A stretch of 60,922 bases of DNA, counting the filler, from Rhabdomonas costata (Eukaryota): NCBI GenBank assembly GCA_019059605.1. It is 16 parts of 16 records of this genome, joined end to end, with 100 filler letters (N's around TTAATTAATTAA, not from the genome) between each part and the next. Parts side by side here need not be neighbours in the genome. Positions count along the whole stretch, not along the records: positions 7,739 to 11,453 come from JAHMHO010000586.1; positions 11,554 to 15,260 come from JAHMHO010000587.1; positions 15,361 to 19,088 come from JAHMHO010000588.1; positions 19,189 to 22,897 come from JAHMHO010000589.1; 12 more parts are not named here. The stretch is one strand, 5' to 3'. The notes under the pieces were generated by a model, which was not told the DNA's origin, made no database searches, and saw nothing but the letters and a program-made list of their open reading frames with translations. Positions 8,727 to 21,427 of the stretch are shown here, one piece after another. Within the stretch, counting starts at the first letter, position 1, and every line of letters starts with the position of its first letter. The translations under genes were made by a program, and so were the position numbers.

Positions 8727-8935
8727 GGTTAATACCGTTAAACGTTTAAAACTGTTAAACGCCAAATTGTTTTTGTTTTTCACAGTATTTTCCGAGCACG
8801 GGGTCAGTTCAATTATGCGTGCGCTGATGTGGATTGTGTTATTTTTGCGGAAGGTGTTTAGGTTTATCGTTATTATGCACCATAGACGATTTTGACGAAT
8901 TTGAGAAAACGCTTAACGGTGTTAAACGTTTAACC
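8727..8935. mobile_element. Possible MITE with inverted ends built from GTTAAACG motifs
   Basis: GTTAAACGTTTAAAACTGTTAAACG near 8737 is roughly the reverse complement of CGCTTAACGGTGTTAAACGTTTAACC ending at 8935. Confidence 0.4.
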
Positions 8936-10476
8936 ACAATACAACAACCACCTGAAATCTGTGGGATGGTTATTTTTCGCACTATGGAAAACCGAAGCGG
9001 AGGGAAAGCAAGTTTTGAATTTGCACTCAAATGTATTGTGCAGGCGTGGAAGTGCGGAAGTCTACAGCTCACAGAGGGCGCGTTGTCACTTCACTATCTC
9101 TGTCTGATATCCACTTCCAACCCTCATGTCTTTGGGACGGTTGTGATGGTCTCGGAGAGCACTGCGGACAGCGCGGCGATGAAGTTCTAGTTCCGCAATC
9201 TGGGACGCATTCTGGTACCATGGAAGGTTCAGATCGTGACGGTGTAAGAGATGCTGCAGGAGAAGGACGACTCGACTGCAGACGCGAATGCTAATATCAC
9301 TCCAAGAAAGCCGACCGAGGCATGGGTGCAGGCAAATGGCTGGAGGAACCTGAAGCCCACACGACCGCAGCGCGCTTCAGCATTCAACGACATTACACCT
9401 CTGAACGCCCCTCCACACCCCACTCACTGGACCGGACCCTGATTATCAGAAACGTGAAATCAAATCCGCACCGATGAATAAATCGGCTATTGACGCAAGC
9501 ACGCACACTCACTCGCACTCAACACACACTATCTATCATCAGCCATGCGGTGAAGAGAGAAACTAGCTGCGTGAGATCTACGGAAGGGACCCATTTCGAG
9601 ACTGGTGGCAACGACTCGTGCCAGATGCCACAGCTTCCCATTCCTCCAAGACAACAAAGCAGACAACGTGCAGGAAGACTCCACCCACAGAGGGCTACCC
9701 ACGCAGGATCTTAGTACTTTGGCCAAGTTGAGGCACCTCATCATCATCATCTCATATGTCACCAGATGAATGCCGAGTCACCAGGAAAGGACGAGGATAG
9801 CACAGGTCGGCAAGCCGGTCTGTGTGAAGACAAAGTGCGGAGAGTAGGTTTTGAGGCGACACGAGTCGCCAAGACAATAAGAAAATTGCGAGGGAGCAGT
9901 TAACGCTTGGAGATTGACCAGGAATGCTGACATTGTTATTCCTTTTCAAAACCACCCTGTTTTGCAACTACCTTCGGTTTTCTACCCAAAAATCTAACTA
10001 CGACAGCTTTGTTTTCTGAGCGGGTGGTCTCCGACGTGGAATTTCCCAGTGAATCTGCACCAGACCCACATCTGCCGAGGCCACTACTGTTCCTCATTTA
10101 CCTTTAGGAGGCATGTAGTTCCTGAAGTGTTGCATTCAGGAGATTGAGATTGCGACATAAGCGAATCCATAGTCACTGAATCTGCAACTAAACCGAAAGC
10201 GTTTCAAGCAGTTAATATTGATTATAGTCGATAAGTAAACGCGTTGGTTGTGAACAACTATGTAAGGGTGTACGCATTGCTTGGTAAATACAAGTGCGTC
10301 TGTTATTTTGTGTGATTTCAACCGCCTTTTCAGTAGTGTTGGGCTAAACATTTCTCGAAAGACAACCATTGATGGACTGGAAAAGGCGCCAAGCTCATAT
10401 ATTTAGGCGTGATGTCACCTATGTGGTCCAAGAACAACATGCATATGACGTATTCCGAACGACTGGAAGTATAATC

Positions 10477-11144
10477 GGCATACGTTCAGCAGTGAACCTT
10501 TTTCTAGGGGACACGTGCATCGCTTCCTAACAATATGTGAATTAAATATCTTGTCCTAGGGGACACGTGCATGGCTTCTTAACCCCCTGCGAGATCAAAT
10601 ATTACAATATTCACTGGAAATGTCCATTGCGAATGCGCTTCATCAACGAAAGAAAGGGGTCCTTGCCATCCAAGTTTGCTCACTGGAACTCCTCCATATT
10701 AGGGCCGCCTATCACTCCAGCACCCCAGGAAGTCTCATAGTTCATAACACATTGCCGAAACCTACCACTCCAGTCAGCAACAGTAGCGCGACCATGGCCC
10801 AGCATGTGCTCCTCCCTTAGCCCGGCATAGTCATGAGCCCACAATTAGGCCAAAACAACGAACTGTTTCAAAGAAATTTAGAGCCCTTCAGTGGACTATC
10901 CACAACAGCCGGCACTCTAAGGCGGCACTTCTGGTCAGTACACGCAAGCCCAGGCTTTCCCCAGTACACACTTCATCTGGGAGCCACATTTCGAGCACGT
11001 AGAAGGGGGCTCTCGGAGAACCCCATAACCGCTCAGCCACTCTTGGAACTTTCTGTCGTCATGGCAGAGCTCCAGGACACATAATATCAACATGAGCAAT
11101 AAAAGGAGCCTTAAATAAAAAAGGTTCACTGCTGAAAGTGTGCC
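10477..11144 (-). mobile_element. Merlin (IS1595/ISXO2-like) DNA transposon, internally deleted
   Basis: TIRs GGCATACGTTCAGCAGTGAACCTTTTT and its near reverse complement; TSD GTATAATC/GTATAATG. Decayed transposase WLSGYGVL.EPP..CSKCG...CTDQKC...TVADWSGRFRQC...IGGPNME. Subterminal 52-bp tandem units. Confidence 0.85.
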
Positions 11145-11339
11145 GTATAATGGCAGTATAATCAATCGAGCAGAAGATACAATTCAAGAGGAGAGAGAAA
11201 GCTGCCACCACGCCTTCTAGTCAAGATGAAGCTTGGTCTCATGAACATCTATCGCAAAATCTTTGTCTGCCGTGTCTTAGGGTGCCATTGAAACAGACAG
11301 TTTGTGCATCTCTGCTTCCAAGTCTGCAACCATTAAATC

Positions 11340-11453
11340 CTACCAATCACAAAATAGACCTGGTGAATGATGCCAAGGTTCCAGCTCAAAGTTCCCCAAA
11401 GTTCCTCAAAGTTGCCCAATTCCACCATTGAAGATCAGGAGTTACTAAAACAA
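11340..11453 (+). mobile_element. Possible Gypsy pol remnant
   Basis: NHKIDLVNDAKVPA...QELLKQ resembles the segment preceding Gypsy reverse transcriptase. Confidence 0.35.
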
Positions 11454-12784
11454 NNNNNNNNNNNNNNNNNNNNNNNNNNNNNNNNNNNNNNNNNNNNTTA
11501 ATTAATTAANNNNNNNNNNNNNNNNNNNNNNNNNNNNNNNNNNNNNNNNNNNNGGAGTGGGGTACGAATTAATCAGCTCTCTTCAAACAAACAATTCAAT
11601 GGATTTTCTCACCTTAGGTACGCTTAAATTTTAGAGGTGGCAGAAGACCCCTTTCACTCTCCAAGGCGTCACACTCAGAGTTACCACTTCTAAAATTTAA
11701 GCGTACCTAAGGTGAGAAAATCCATTGAATTGTTTGTTTGAAGAGAGCCGATTAATTCGTACCCTTCCCCGCAAAAAAAGAGAAATGACCGAATCGCTGG
11801 GTGCACTGAAGCCGGAGCTCTCCACAAAATGCAACGGCAACTGCATTCACAATCGAAGAATTGCCGCCGCCACGTGGCCACGGTGTTTGAAAGAGCGCCG
11901 CTGCCTTTAACGAGAAGTCCTCCAACACCTTTAGTGCGTTGCCGGATCCGGTGGCTCTGAAAAATTCGCCATCCACGCTTGAACGACGTACAGACGACCC
12001 ATTTACTTCTTCTTCAACTTCTGTCGAACCACTTTACAAATCTGCTCTGAGGTTACGTCTTGCTATATGAGCGGAAGAGAATGGGAGGGGGGGCGAGAAT
12101 GGATGGCACGAAAAACAAGAAACACGGGTACTCCAACACAAAGCGAGATCCTTCGCATTCAAAGAAGCTGATGACAGAAAAAGCAGTGAAAAAAATTGGC
12201 AACCTGCTGCTCTGCTTCTGACAGCTATACCATGCTACACGTCATCTTCGCAGCATGATCGCGGTGAGATGGATCATGACACTTCCGCATGATCGCCTTC
12301 ACACCTGACGCCAACCGCTCTCAAATTGATGGCACCTGGCACCTGGCACCTGACCAGCGAAGCATCGCGCATTTCCGGAGGAAACTGAAGCCCATTTACA
12401 CACTGAGCGATGGCCGCACCGAACCATCTGCGTTTCATTGACTCGCTCGGTTAAGGCATCTTGAGGGTGCTCATTGTCAGCACGACATAAATGAGTTTTT
12501 GGTCGTCAGATCGTCAGACCCCGTCTGAAAAAAGCTGCAGGAAATGCACACAAACACAGTTCAAGGCGTAAGAAAATGCAAAGTGTCCGTAAAGCATTCG
12601 GCAGAAAGAAAAGCAGAGAGGAGGCAGGGGGGAGGTACAAAGGTGAAAACCTTGCCAAAGCCATTCAGGAGGGCAGAAAGGAGGTGCGGGTGCAAGATGG
12701 GTGGTTCGGATGTCTGGTTGGCGCAACAAGCGTATCCTCAACGCACACCACCCCTACCCCGACCCCCCACGGCATTCCCTCTCT

Positions 12785-15260
12785 TTACTGCTGCTGCTGC
12801 TGTTGCTGTTGCTGAGTGGTGTGCTGCTGCTGCAGGGCGGTGACGTTGGGGTCGCCGATGTTCAGCAGGAGCTGCCACAGCCACTTCCGCATGAAGGCGT
12901 CCTCGTTGAGATACTCGCTGAACGTGGAGTCCCTTAGGCTGTCCGGCATGCACTGCCGCAGCGCGTCGCGTGCCCGCAGGTGGTCCGACAGCCGCAGGAA
13001 GCACCTGATGATGTGCTTCAGCAGCCTAGCCGAGGGCTTATCATTCACCTGAAGCCCACACGCATTTCTTTCAAAAATACGGTCCGAGATTTTTCTCCAT
13101 TACTTCATGTTTTAATCATTTTTTTTTACAATGTCGCCCCGGCGTAGTCGCTTGAAAGCACAAATTCCGGCGACGTACAGACACCAAAAATCAGTTTCTG
13201 AAACGTCTCTCAATTCGAGAAAGAAAGAAGCACACCTGCAAACGCCCACAATGAAATTTGACTGACCGATTATGTGTTCAACAATACCTAAACGCTTGGT
13301 TGGGAGTTAGGTGCGCTATTAAAGGATTCTCCGTGCTATGTCAGAGGTCCTATCTCCGCGCACCATTGCTGTGAGGACAGAGGCTACTGCGTAGAACCGC
13401 TCCGGGGTGGCGCAGATGTATCCTAGGCCGATGTCAAAGAGGAGAATCTTCTGCACAATGAAGGTGGCCACCTGCGCGTCGCACAGATTACAATGAGAAA
13501 TAGCACGAACGATGGACTTGGCAAAGCAAGAGACCTGGAGCCCGAAACATCACTGAAAGTCCAGAAAGAGAATGAACGCCCCCACCCCAATGCTGTCCGA
13601 CAGACTGATGACCAAAGGCTGCGTTTTCGGTTGGAAGCCGAAGGAAACTCTCCTCACCTAATTGGCTTTTGCCAGAGACAGAGATGACAGGAGCTCTCTG
13701 ATATTTTTGTTGGTTTTCGTGGATTCCGCCTTCAGCAGCCTGGTCTCATCACAAAGGGCAAAACGGCACAGCCTCAAACACCACTGGTGGCATCCCTACG
13801 CACCACAACATCTGCCTGGCATGCACAAGCACACTGTTTTCGAAAGCTCAGAGCCCGTCTCCATTATTCTAAGGCACAGAGGAATAATCTCGGTGGACAG
13901 CAGGAACTTGATCACCTGTGCGCAAAAAGATGATCGTGGGCAAAGAGAGACAGAGAAAGAAAGAAAGTGAGAAAGAAAGAGCAACCACCACAGGAAAAAA
14001 GAAAGACGGGAACATCAGACTTTTTCCTCTGGAAGAATTTCGCGCAATCCCTACATGAACATGCGAAATCAGAAAACGATTTTCCGGTTGCCCTTGATGG
14101 AAAAGGGGAGCACACCAGCCTGTGTCTGTGCCAGTCCGAACAGCCAGCCGCTATTTCACACGAAACAAATTCAAAACAAACGACCTTTCACCGTCATCCA
14201 TGCCCCTCCCTTCATTCATCTCTCTTTGTGGTAGTTGGCTTTTCCAATTGGTTTCTGCGAAGCTTTCCCTCGAGATAACTTTATAAACTCTTTTCTCGTT
14301 CTCCGGGGTTGGTCACACTGCACAAAAGGGCCCGCTTCACATTAAAAGAGCCAATTATTGACATCCAATCACAACAAATAACAAACTACAATAGGCGTCT
14401 CATTTCAACCAAATTTCCACTACGTGCTCCATTTCAGTCAGAGTTTCCACTATTTTTTTTGCCATTAAGTCCGAAAAAGGTCACTTTCAAAAAACAATTC
14501 TCACTTTATAGTGAAGCAGGCAAAACGTGTGTGTGTGTGTAGCAGTCGACGCTGGGTATGGGTGGGTGGGTGAGGACCTCCTGATCGTCTGCCTTGACGA
14601 GAGCCCCAATGACCCCCAGGGATGTCAGCCGGAGGTACTCAAAGGGCCGAGTCTTGGAAACGGTGTTGAGGAAGGGATACAGGAACAACGGGATATGCGC
14701 ATGCAGGAACATCTGCCGCGTGTCCGGGTGCGAGGCCACACACTGCAGCAGGGCCAGGGCGTTGCACACCTTTTTTGACAAGAAGGAATCGGGGGGGGGG
14801 GGTTCAAAGCCATTTGCCGTCCACCACACAAACAGCACGACCGCGCTGTAAGTTTTTGTTTTTGTTCTCTCACTCCCATTTCGCAGAAGGTCACGCGACG
14901 AAGAAAGCAATGAAGTACGCCAAGAAACTACACAGGCACGAGACGCAACTGCTCAACAAGAAATCCTCATTCCTCCCTCACATACTGGCCCCTGAAAACA
15001 CTGCATCTCGCAGAGTACAGGTATATGCATGGGCAATGTGTCGGCAAGTCAAATCTACACAATCTACACGTTGAGTCCTGCCCCAACCCCAAGCAGCGCC
15101 TGCACACATAGGCACCCGGTTGGAGGCGTGTGCGCCCAAGTTGGGTGGGGAAAGCATCGGGTACGCCTCCATAATCTCCTGCAGCAGCGCCGCCATCACC
15201 CCAACCGAGTGCCACAGGGTGGGCGCCAGATCGGGGTAGTTTTCGCGCTTCTTGGACAGT
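12785..15260 (-). CDS. CNOT9: CCR4-NOT subunit 9 (Rcd1/Caf40), 5'-truncated; exons 15116-15260, 14578-14769, 13835-13915, 13364-13471, 12785-13048
   Basis: [106 protein letters not shown]. All four introns are GT-AG, phase 0. PolyQ tail. Confidence 0.97.
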
Positions 15261-15379
15261 NNNNNNNNNNNNNNNNNNNNNNNNNNNNNNNNNNNNNNNN
15301 NNNNTTAATTAATTAANNNNNNNNNNNNNNNNNNNNNNNNNNNNNNNNNNNNNNNNNNNNGGGGGGGTTGGGAACGGCG

Positions 15380-15603
15380 CACACTCTCACCCCAATGCCC
15401 TTCGTGTCGTCCAGCACGAACAGCAGCACCGGGAACGCGCCAAAAACCAACAGGTGTGCAGAACAAGCAGCTGAAGGACACGCCACAGCACACCGCGCCA
15501 AGGCACCATGTGTGTGTTTTGAGGGGTTTGTGCTGCTGCTGCTGCACCCTTCCCGATGGAAGCGCATGATGAGGCACAGGGCGTTGGTGGGAACGCGCAC
15601 AAC
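15380..15603 (-). CDS. Candidate exons of an unidentified membrane protein
   Basis: CAG acceptor then VVRVPTNALCLIMRFHRE; downstream AHLLVFGAFPVLLFVLDDTKGIG followed by GT. Confidence 0.3.
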
Positions 15604-18600
15604 CTGAGAATGAAAGGGGTAAACTGTGTGCGTGTGTGCGTGTGTGCGCGTATGCGTGTGCGTGAGCCGCAATTTGAAGACAAACACTCGACAATACAGG
15701 CCATTGGAAAAGAAAAACCGTCTGTATATACGTGCCCTGAATTATGAGATGTCGCGAACCGGCTTGTTAACCGGATACCTGGATGGCTGCTCCGCCCGGA
15801 AACCCGGAAACTAAGACTGAGTGATGCGTACCGCTGCTCTGTCCAATCCTCAACAAGTGATCGGGATATAATCCCCCATAGCGTCGCCACTGAGATGAAG
15901 CCGCTCTTCATTCCCGGCGACCGCCAAGGAGCAAAATGCAAGCAGGGAGAATAATGGAAAAACCCTTTTGATGGACACCCCGTTTGTTGTCTTCAACTTA
16001 GTCTTTTCCAAGGCCATTCCTGGCCCAGATGAGCTAGAGAGAAGGAGAACCACGTGGCAAAGCCCCCAAAAAAATTGGGTTTTCTTTTATACTTCTTGTG
16101 TGTTCTAAATAGTGTGTGGGTTGATTTGTCCTGAAACCAAATTATATTTTGATTGTTAATCTTTCTTCGGGTCACCCCTCCACAAATCCTCTGAGGCGGC
16201 GTGGCCTTCACCCGCTGAGGTCCTAATCAGTCACATATGAGAGAGAGGTTGGATAAGGTCCAACCGGAGGGACGGAGAAGGCAAAAAGACCCCAGAGCGA
16301 TCAAGTGAGATAAAGGATTTGTAAGGAAGGTATAAAAGAGGAAAATGCAAGAAGCGATCCGACGATCACAGCAGATAAATGGTACCCTACGATATAAAAA
16401 GATAATACGCTCTGATAAATGCGAATGCTTATGGCAGGCAGTTAATATACATTTGGGAGAGCTTCGAGAATTTTGAGATAAAGTACGTGGGGATAAATGT
16501 TTACCAGCGTGAATGCCAATTGTTGTACTCGTTCCGTTTGCGTTTTGCTCAGTTTTCCAGCTAGATCTGACAGGACGCAGACCGCGCTTTCATGTTGTTG
16601 TTAGAGATAAAGAATCATTACAGGAAGATGTTGGTGTTCTTCAAAGCCAATTTCAAGATGTGATTTCTTGTCATTTGGGTATATTTTTGTCTGTGTCAAT
16701 TTGGGTTGTGAAATTAAAGATGCTTACATATTTTACAGTTCACAGCCAAAACCTTCAGCGGAGTGAGGCGAAAGCGAGGCTAGCAGGAATAGGTGTGAAG
16801 GTTAAGAGAATAACATTCTCACTCTGCCTGTGCTTCTGTGCCGTTATTTTCTTGCTTTCATTGTTTTTTGGTGGGAATGGCGTAAGCGGACGTCTGGCTA
16901 GAGGCAAGACCTCCAGAATAACACCTCCCTGATGGCAAAAACAAGTTTCAGTAAGGAAGAACAACTGATTTGGTTCATGGCCTTGTTGCAAAGTACGTCG
17001 TCTGAGTGTCAGAAAGCGCGGAAAATGTTCGAAACAATGTAAATGTACCTATTGTACTTTGTAACTGAAGAAAAGAATGGTAGCGCGTGGTCGGGTAGAA
17101 GCCGAACTGAGCCCGGTAGCGAATGCACCTCAGTGTCATAGTAGTGTACAACAGGGTGGTAGGACGCTGTTGCGTGGTCATTGAAACCACAGCAGATGGA
17201 CGTACATGCCAACTTGAGGGCTCTGTGACCCTATTCGGAGCGCATACGGATGTGTGATGACTCATGGTGTTTGTATCTGCCTAGGTAGTAGCATAGGGTG
17301 TGGTGTTACACTTACCATCTATGTGTTTACCGTACCAAGCCAACATTAGGGTAAGGTCAACCATGACATGGCGCCATCCCATTCATCATAAGGGTGGTAG
17401 GAGCGTAACAACCCTGTCAGTCTATCAATGCTATGAGTGATGTGGTGTTGGGGTATGGGCCATGGCATGGTGTCATCCCACCAAGTGTGATGATATGTAA
17501 TCACATGCACTAGTTGAGCCGATGTCATGTTGTGGTATAGTCAATGAGGCCAACCCACCAAGTAAAGGGGGAGGTGTAACAACCTAGTAAACCCTAACCC
17601 GAACACCAACGCGAAATAAAACCCCAAACACCCATATTTCCCCTTACAGCCGAAATGCAAGGCAGAAATCCACGATACCAACCCCATTAACCCAGGTAGA
17701 AACCACGCCCTGACCCCAAACACCCGAATACCCCACTGTTTAGACGCCGATAGATCCAATCCAAGAATGCCCGAACCCAAAACGCGAACCCAAATACCCA
17801 CGCGAAAAAAACACGCAGGGTGAAAAATTCCACCCTCCACCCAAAATTACCAAAAACAACCGTTTAATACCCGTCATATATGCGGGCCAATGAAAATGAT
17901 GTACGGTGGAGGAACCAGGACCCCAACACGACCTTTCTGCATCTGCATAAAAAGATACAAAATACACCATTTACTGCTTGCCACTTTTTTGCTCTTTTTT
18001 CTTCTCCGGTTCATAGTCTTAAAGTGGTGGTTTATACTCTTTGATAGGGTTATCGTATAAATTCCGTTGGGGGTGAAAAAGATAAAATGCAAAAAAAAAA
18101 AGGACGATGGTTAGGGTCAAAAAACCGGGGGCGTGGTGGCAGGACTACCAAATTGGGTAAGTGTACCACCTTAGAACACCCCGATACCCCGTGTTGACGG
18201 GGGTACGGTGCCTGACGCACTCCGGGGTCCCCCGTATGGTGGTCGTGTATTGACTATGCTCAGATTACCCTAAATGTGATGTTAATTTGCTTCCCCGGCA
18301 TAAACCGCGTTCGCTTATCCACCCATTTCGCTCTAATGATGGTCCCTGTTTTTCTCGGGCCCATCATGTTTGTGTGTTCTGTCATGACGCAAGGAGAAGT
18401 CGTATGGGCGAGGTTTGGCCGCAGGTGTCGGTGATGGTGTTTTTGTTGATGTTCTATGGATTTTTTTCGCCTATGTATGTCGGAAGATTTGGTGGGCAGA
18501 GGGTAGATGGGTTCGTTTTGGTGTTTTTGTGTCGGTTTCGTTTCTCTAGATGTGTTTGCTCGGGGCTCTCCGTGTGTTGTTTTGTGTTACGCGCCCTGGG

Positions 18601-19311
18601 TTTATGCGGACAGCGTGGTAATGGCGAAGCCCCTCAATCTACCGGAGCGGATTTGGACCCAACGCGTTGAACGAAAGCGAAATCTAAGCTCAAGAACCAC
18701 GCGGTCACCACGACACCACAGCAACCACCACTCATACGAGCAGCCCGTAACCACCGTGGCGTTGAGAGTTTAGGGCTACCGGTCGAGCAACTAAGTGGGT
18801 AACCAAACCACAATTCCCACACAAAGGCTTCTGACCAAAGCAAATTCTAAGAGGGGAACTTGCCGAAAAATTCCCCAAACCCCACCAGCCGACGCAGCGG
18901 GTGTGAGGGTGCCGGAAATGTTGGCGCTGACGCACCACAAAACTAGCCAGGGAAGGACCCCCGGGACATACGGGACACACCCATCAACAAGTGGTGGCAC
19001 CGCTCATGACCCTGCTACTGCAACGCAAACTCATGCGCTCCATGCCCCAGATACGCGGCTGGTGGATTGGGGCCATCACCACACCACANNNNNNNNNNNN
19101 NNNNNNNNNNNNNNNNNNNNNNNNNNNNNNNNTTAATTAATTAANNNNNNNNNNNNNNNNNNNNNNNNNNNNNNNNNNNNNNNNNNNNTGAGATCTATAT
19201 CCGCGAAATAGGTGAGGACCCCTCACAAAAGTGGGGCGGATGGTAATCGAGAAATGAGTGAGTGTGAGAATGCAAACAGGGGTGTGTATGTGATGTGTGT
19301 GCTGAACATAC

Positions 19312-21427
19312 CTCGGACGCGGCAGCGATGTTGGTCAGTGCACTGAGCTTCACGGAGCGCCGAGACGTACCCCCTCCGGAGGCCCTCCTGTGGTCTTCCG
19401 CTGGGACCTCCTGACCCTCTGACGGGTCAGAGCAGGACAGATCCACCTGCGCCACCTGTGGCGCGAAGCAATGCAGTAGCTCGCCAAAAGCGGTGTGTGA
19501 AACTCGAAGGGTTGCACTGACACCGACGGCGACGCTTCCACAAAGAAGTGAGTGGCGAAGATAGGGATGCAATTTACACCTGCAATGTTGCGAAGAGCGA
19601 GACGAAGTCTGTGCTTGGAAAGAAATCAGGAGAAAGAGCACTCCAAGGCATTCAGCGAAGCAGTAACCAATGGCGGCTGCTGTACAAGTGAGTTTTCGAG
19701 TGTGTCCTATTCTCTGTGCCTTCAGCGTTTTTTTAAACCCGAAGTAAAGAAGGCAAAGAACAGAAAACGTCCAAGTTGAGGCCCTGGAAGAACAGCAATC
19801 GACTCGAAATTCAGAAAGCTTGTTAGCCAAAATGTCACACACTATCTTCGCCACAAAGTGCTCCTTCACGTCCCGCCACGTGTTCGAGCTGATCAGAATG
19901 TCCGTGCCCAGGAACGCGTTCAGCTTGCACAGCGCGCTGGTCACAAGCATCACCGGGCCCACAATGCTGAAGCTCAGGTGGGCCTTACTGCCGATGTTCC
20001 CAACCTGAGCGGAGCCTGTGCCCACGGCGACCTTCACCCGCACCGTGGAAAACTCATGACATTCCGCGAGAGTTTCTCGGAGCATGAGCGCCGCGCGGCA
20101 GGCCTGAACCAAGAAAGTAACCGGGAGCGTCGAAAGCATGCAATATCTGCAGATAAAGTGTCCGTTCTTGTCCGCCGAACCATGAGAACCCGGGTGATCT
20201 TCCGAAGCCCGAAGCAGAAATTCAGAAGGCAGAGAAAGGACGGAGTGAATTTACCGACACCAATGTTTCTGGAGGGTGAGAGTGGCCTTGACGCCTCGGA
20301 AGCATTTCCTTTTGAAGGGCGAAAATTCCAACTGTCACCAACCAATCGATGACCTCACGACCCACCTTTCCATCATTCATGCATTGTGCATGTGATCTCA
20401 CCTCACCTGCTCATCTCATCCCATTTCACCCCACTGCTTCAAAGAATACAATGCCCACAGCCAGCTCAATGCGACTGCCCTGCAGACCGAAACAGCCTTG
20501 ACTGAACCTTGACGGCTACCTAACAGTCAAGCCGAACCCATCAGAAACATTCAACGCAACCACAAAAACAATTGGAAACACTTGCTATTTTCTTCAGCGC
20601 CAACCAGTTCGAAGCACACAACAACCTCCATTGCATGGGCCGCCACCGAAGACGCCGCGTTCCAGCTCAGGATCACACGGTCCCCTACAAGGCTCTGCAC
20701 GGTGCCCTTCGTGGCCTTCCCAACATCCTCCAGAACGGTGACGTAGGTGCTGTGCATCGCCAGCAGCTGCTCCATGGGCATTTTCGTCGACAGATCATTG
20801 AACCCCGAGATGTCAGCGAACAGCACGGACACGATTTTTCTATAAAAAAGGCAGATTGCATAAATGAGTGCTCACCGGGGGTTTCTTTGTAACACATTTA
20901 GTTATTCGTGTCCGATCGCGAGGGAGTGGCCAAACGTTAAGCAAGCTTGCGCAGTCTCCCATTTTTCCTGCCCGAGGGGAGTGGCTGCGCACCGTGGACT
21001 TTTTGTGTCGCATTCAGTTGAAAGAATAAAATCACTTTAAGCACTCTGCGGCATTCAACATTACCTCCTCCTTCTCCATCAACTAAATCGGTATAAGTAT
21101 TTTGCTTCCATAAACTTTCCCTGCTGAGATGAATAGAATGACCTAATTCAGAGCATGAGGCTATCCATTCGACCCTCGCAACAAAATGGATGCGACGGGG
21201 GACGGCGGGGGGTGCACTTCTTCAGCCATTTGTCTAGCAAGCTGCGGGCCTTCGTCGCGTTGGACATCAAGCTCTGCCCACCAGTGGCAGCCATGCAGAT
21301 GCTGCTTTGGTGGGGATGCTTCGCGACGGGAGCGAATGTGTCAGAGACCGCCGAGGAGAAGGCGGGGTGCCGGCTGCTCCGCGGGGAGGAAGAGGCGCTG
21401 CTCGCACGTTTCGGCATCGCAAGACAG
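19312..21427 (-). CDS. Class III adenylate/guanylate cyclase-domain protein fragment; exons about 21200-21427, 20626-20839, 19843-20103, 19312-19455
   Basis: VSVLFADISGF..LS, GTVQSLVGDRVILSWNA, ACRAAL, VGTGSAQVGNIGS..H.SFSIVGP, KLN..LGTDILIS; GT-AG junctions keep the frame. Confidence 0.88.

Noticed and set aside
10502-10583. Two 30-bp direct repeats with a 22-bp spacer, CRISPR-like at first sight
   Set aside because: Only two units, no cas genes, and the same units with related spacers occur inside the other Merlin copies. They are subterminal tandem repeats.
11560-11764. About 75-bp inverted repeat
   Set aside because: One arm runs to the contig end and the inner extension is imperfect, typical of an amplification fold-back chimera.
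17000-17015. TCTGAGTGTC, resembling part of the euglenid spliced leader
   Set aside because: The match is only 10 nt, with no T-run, donor site or SL RNA structure.
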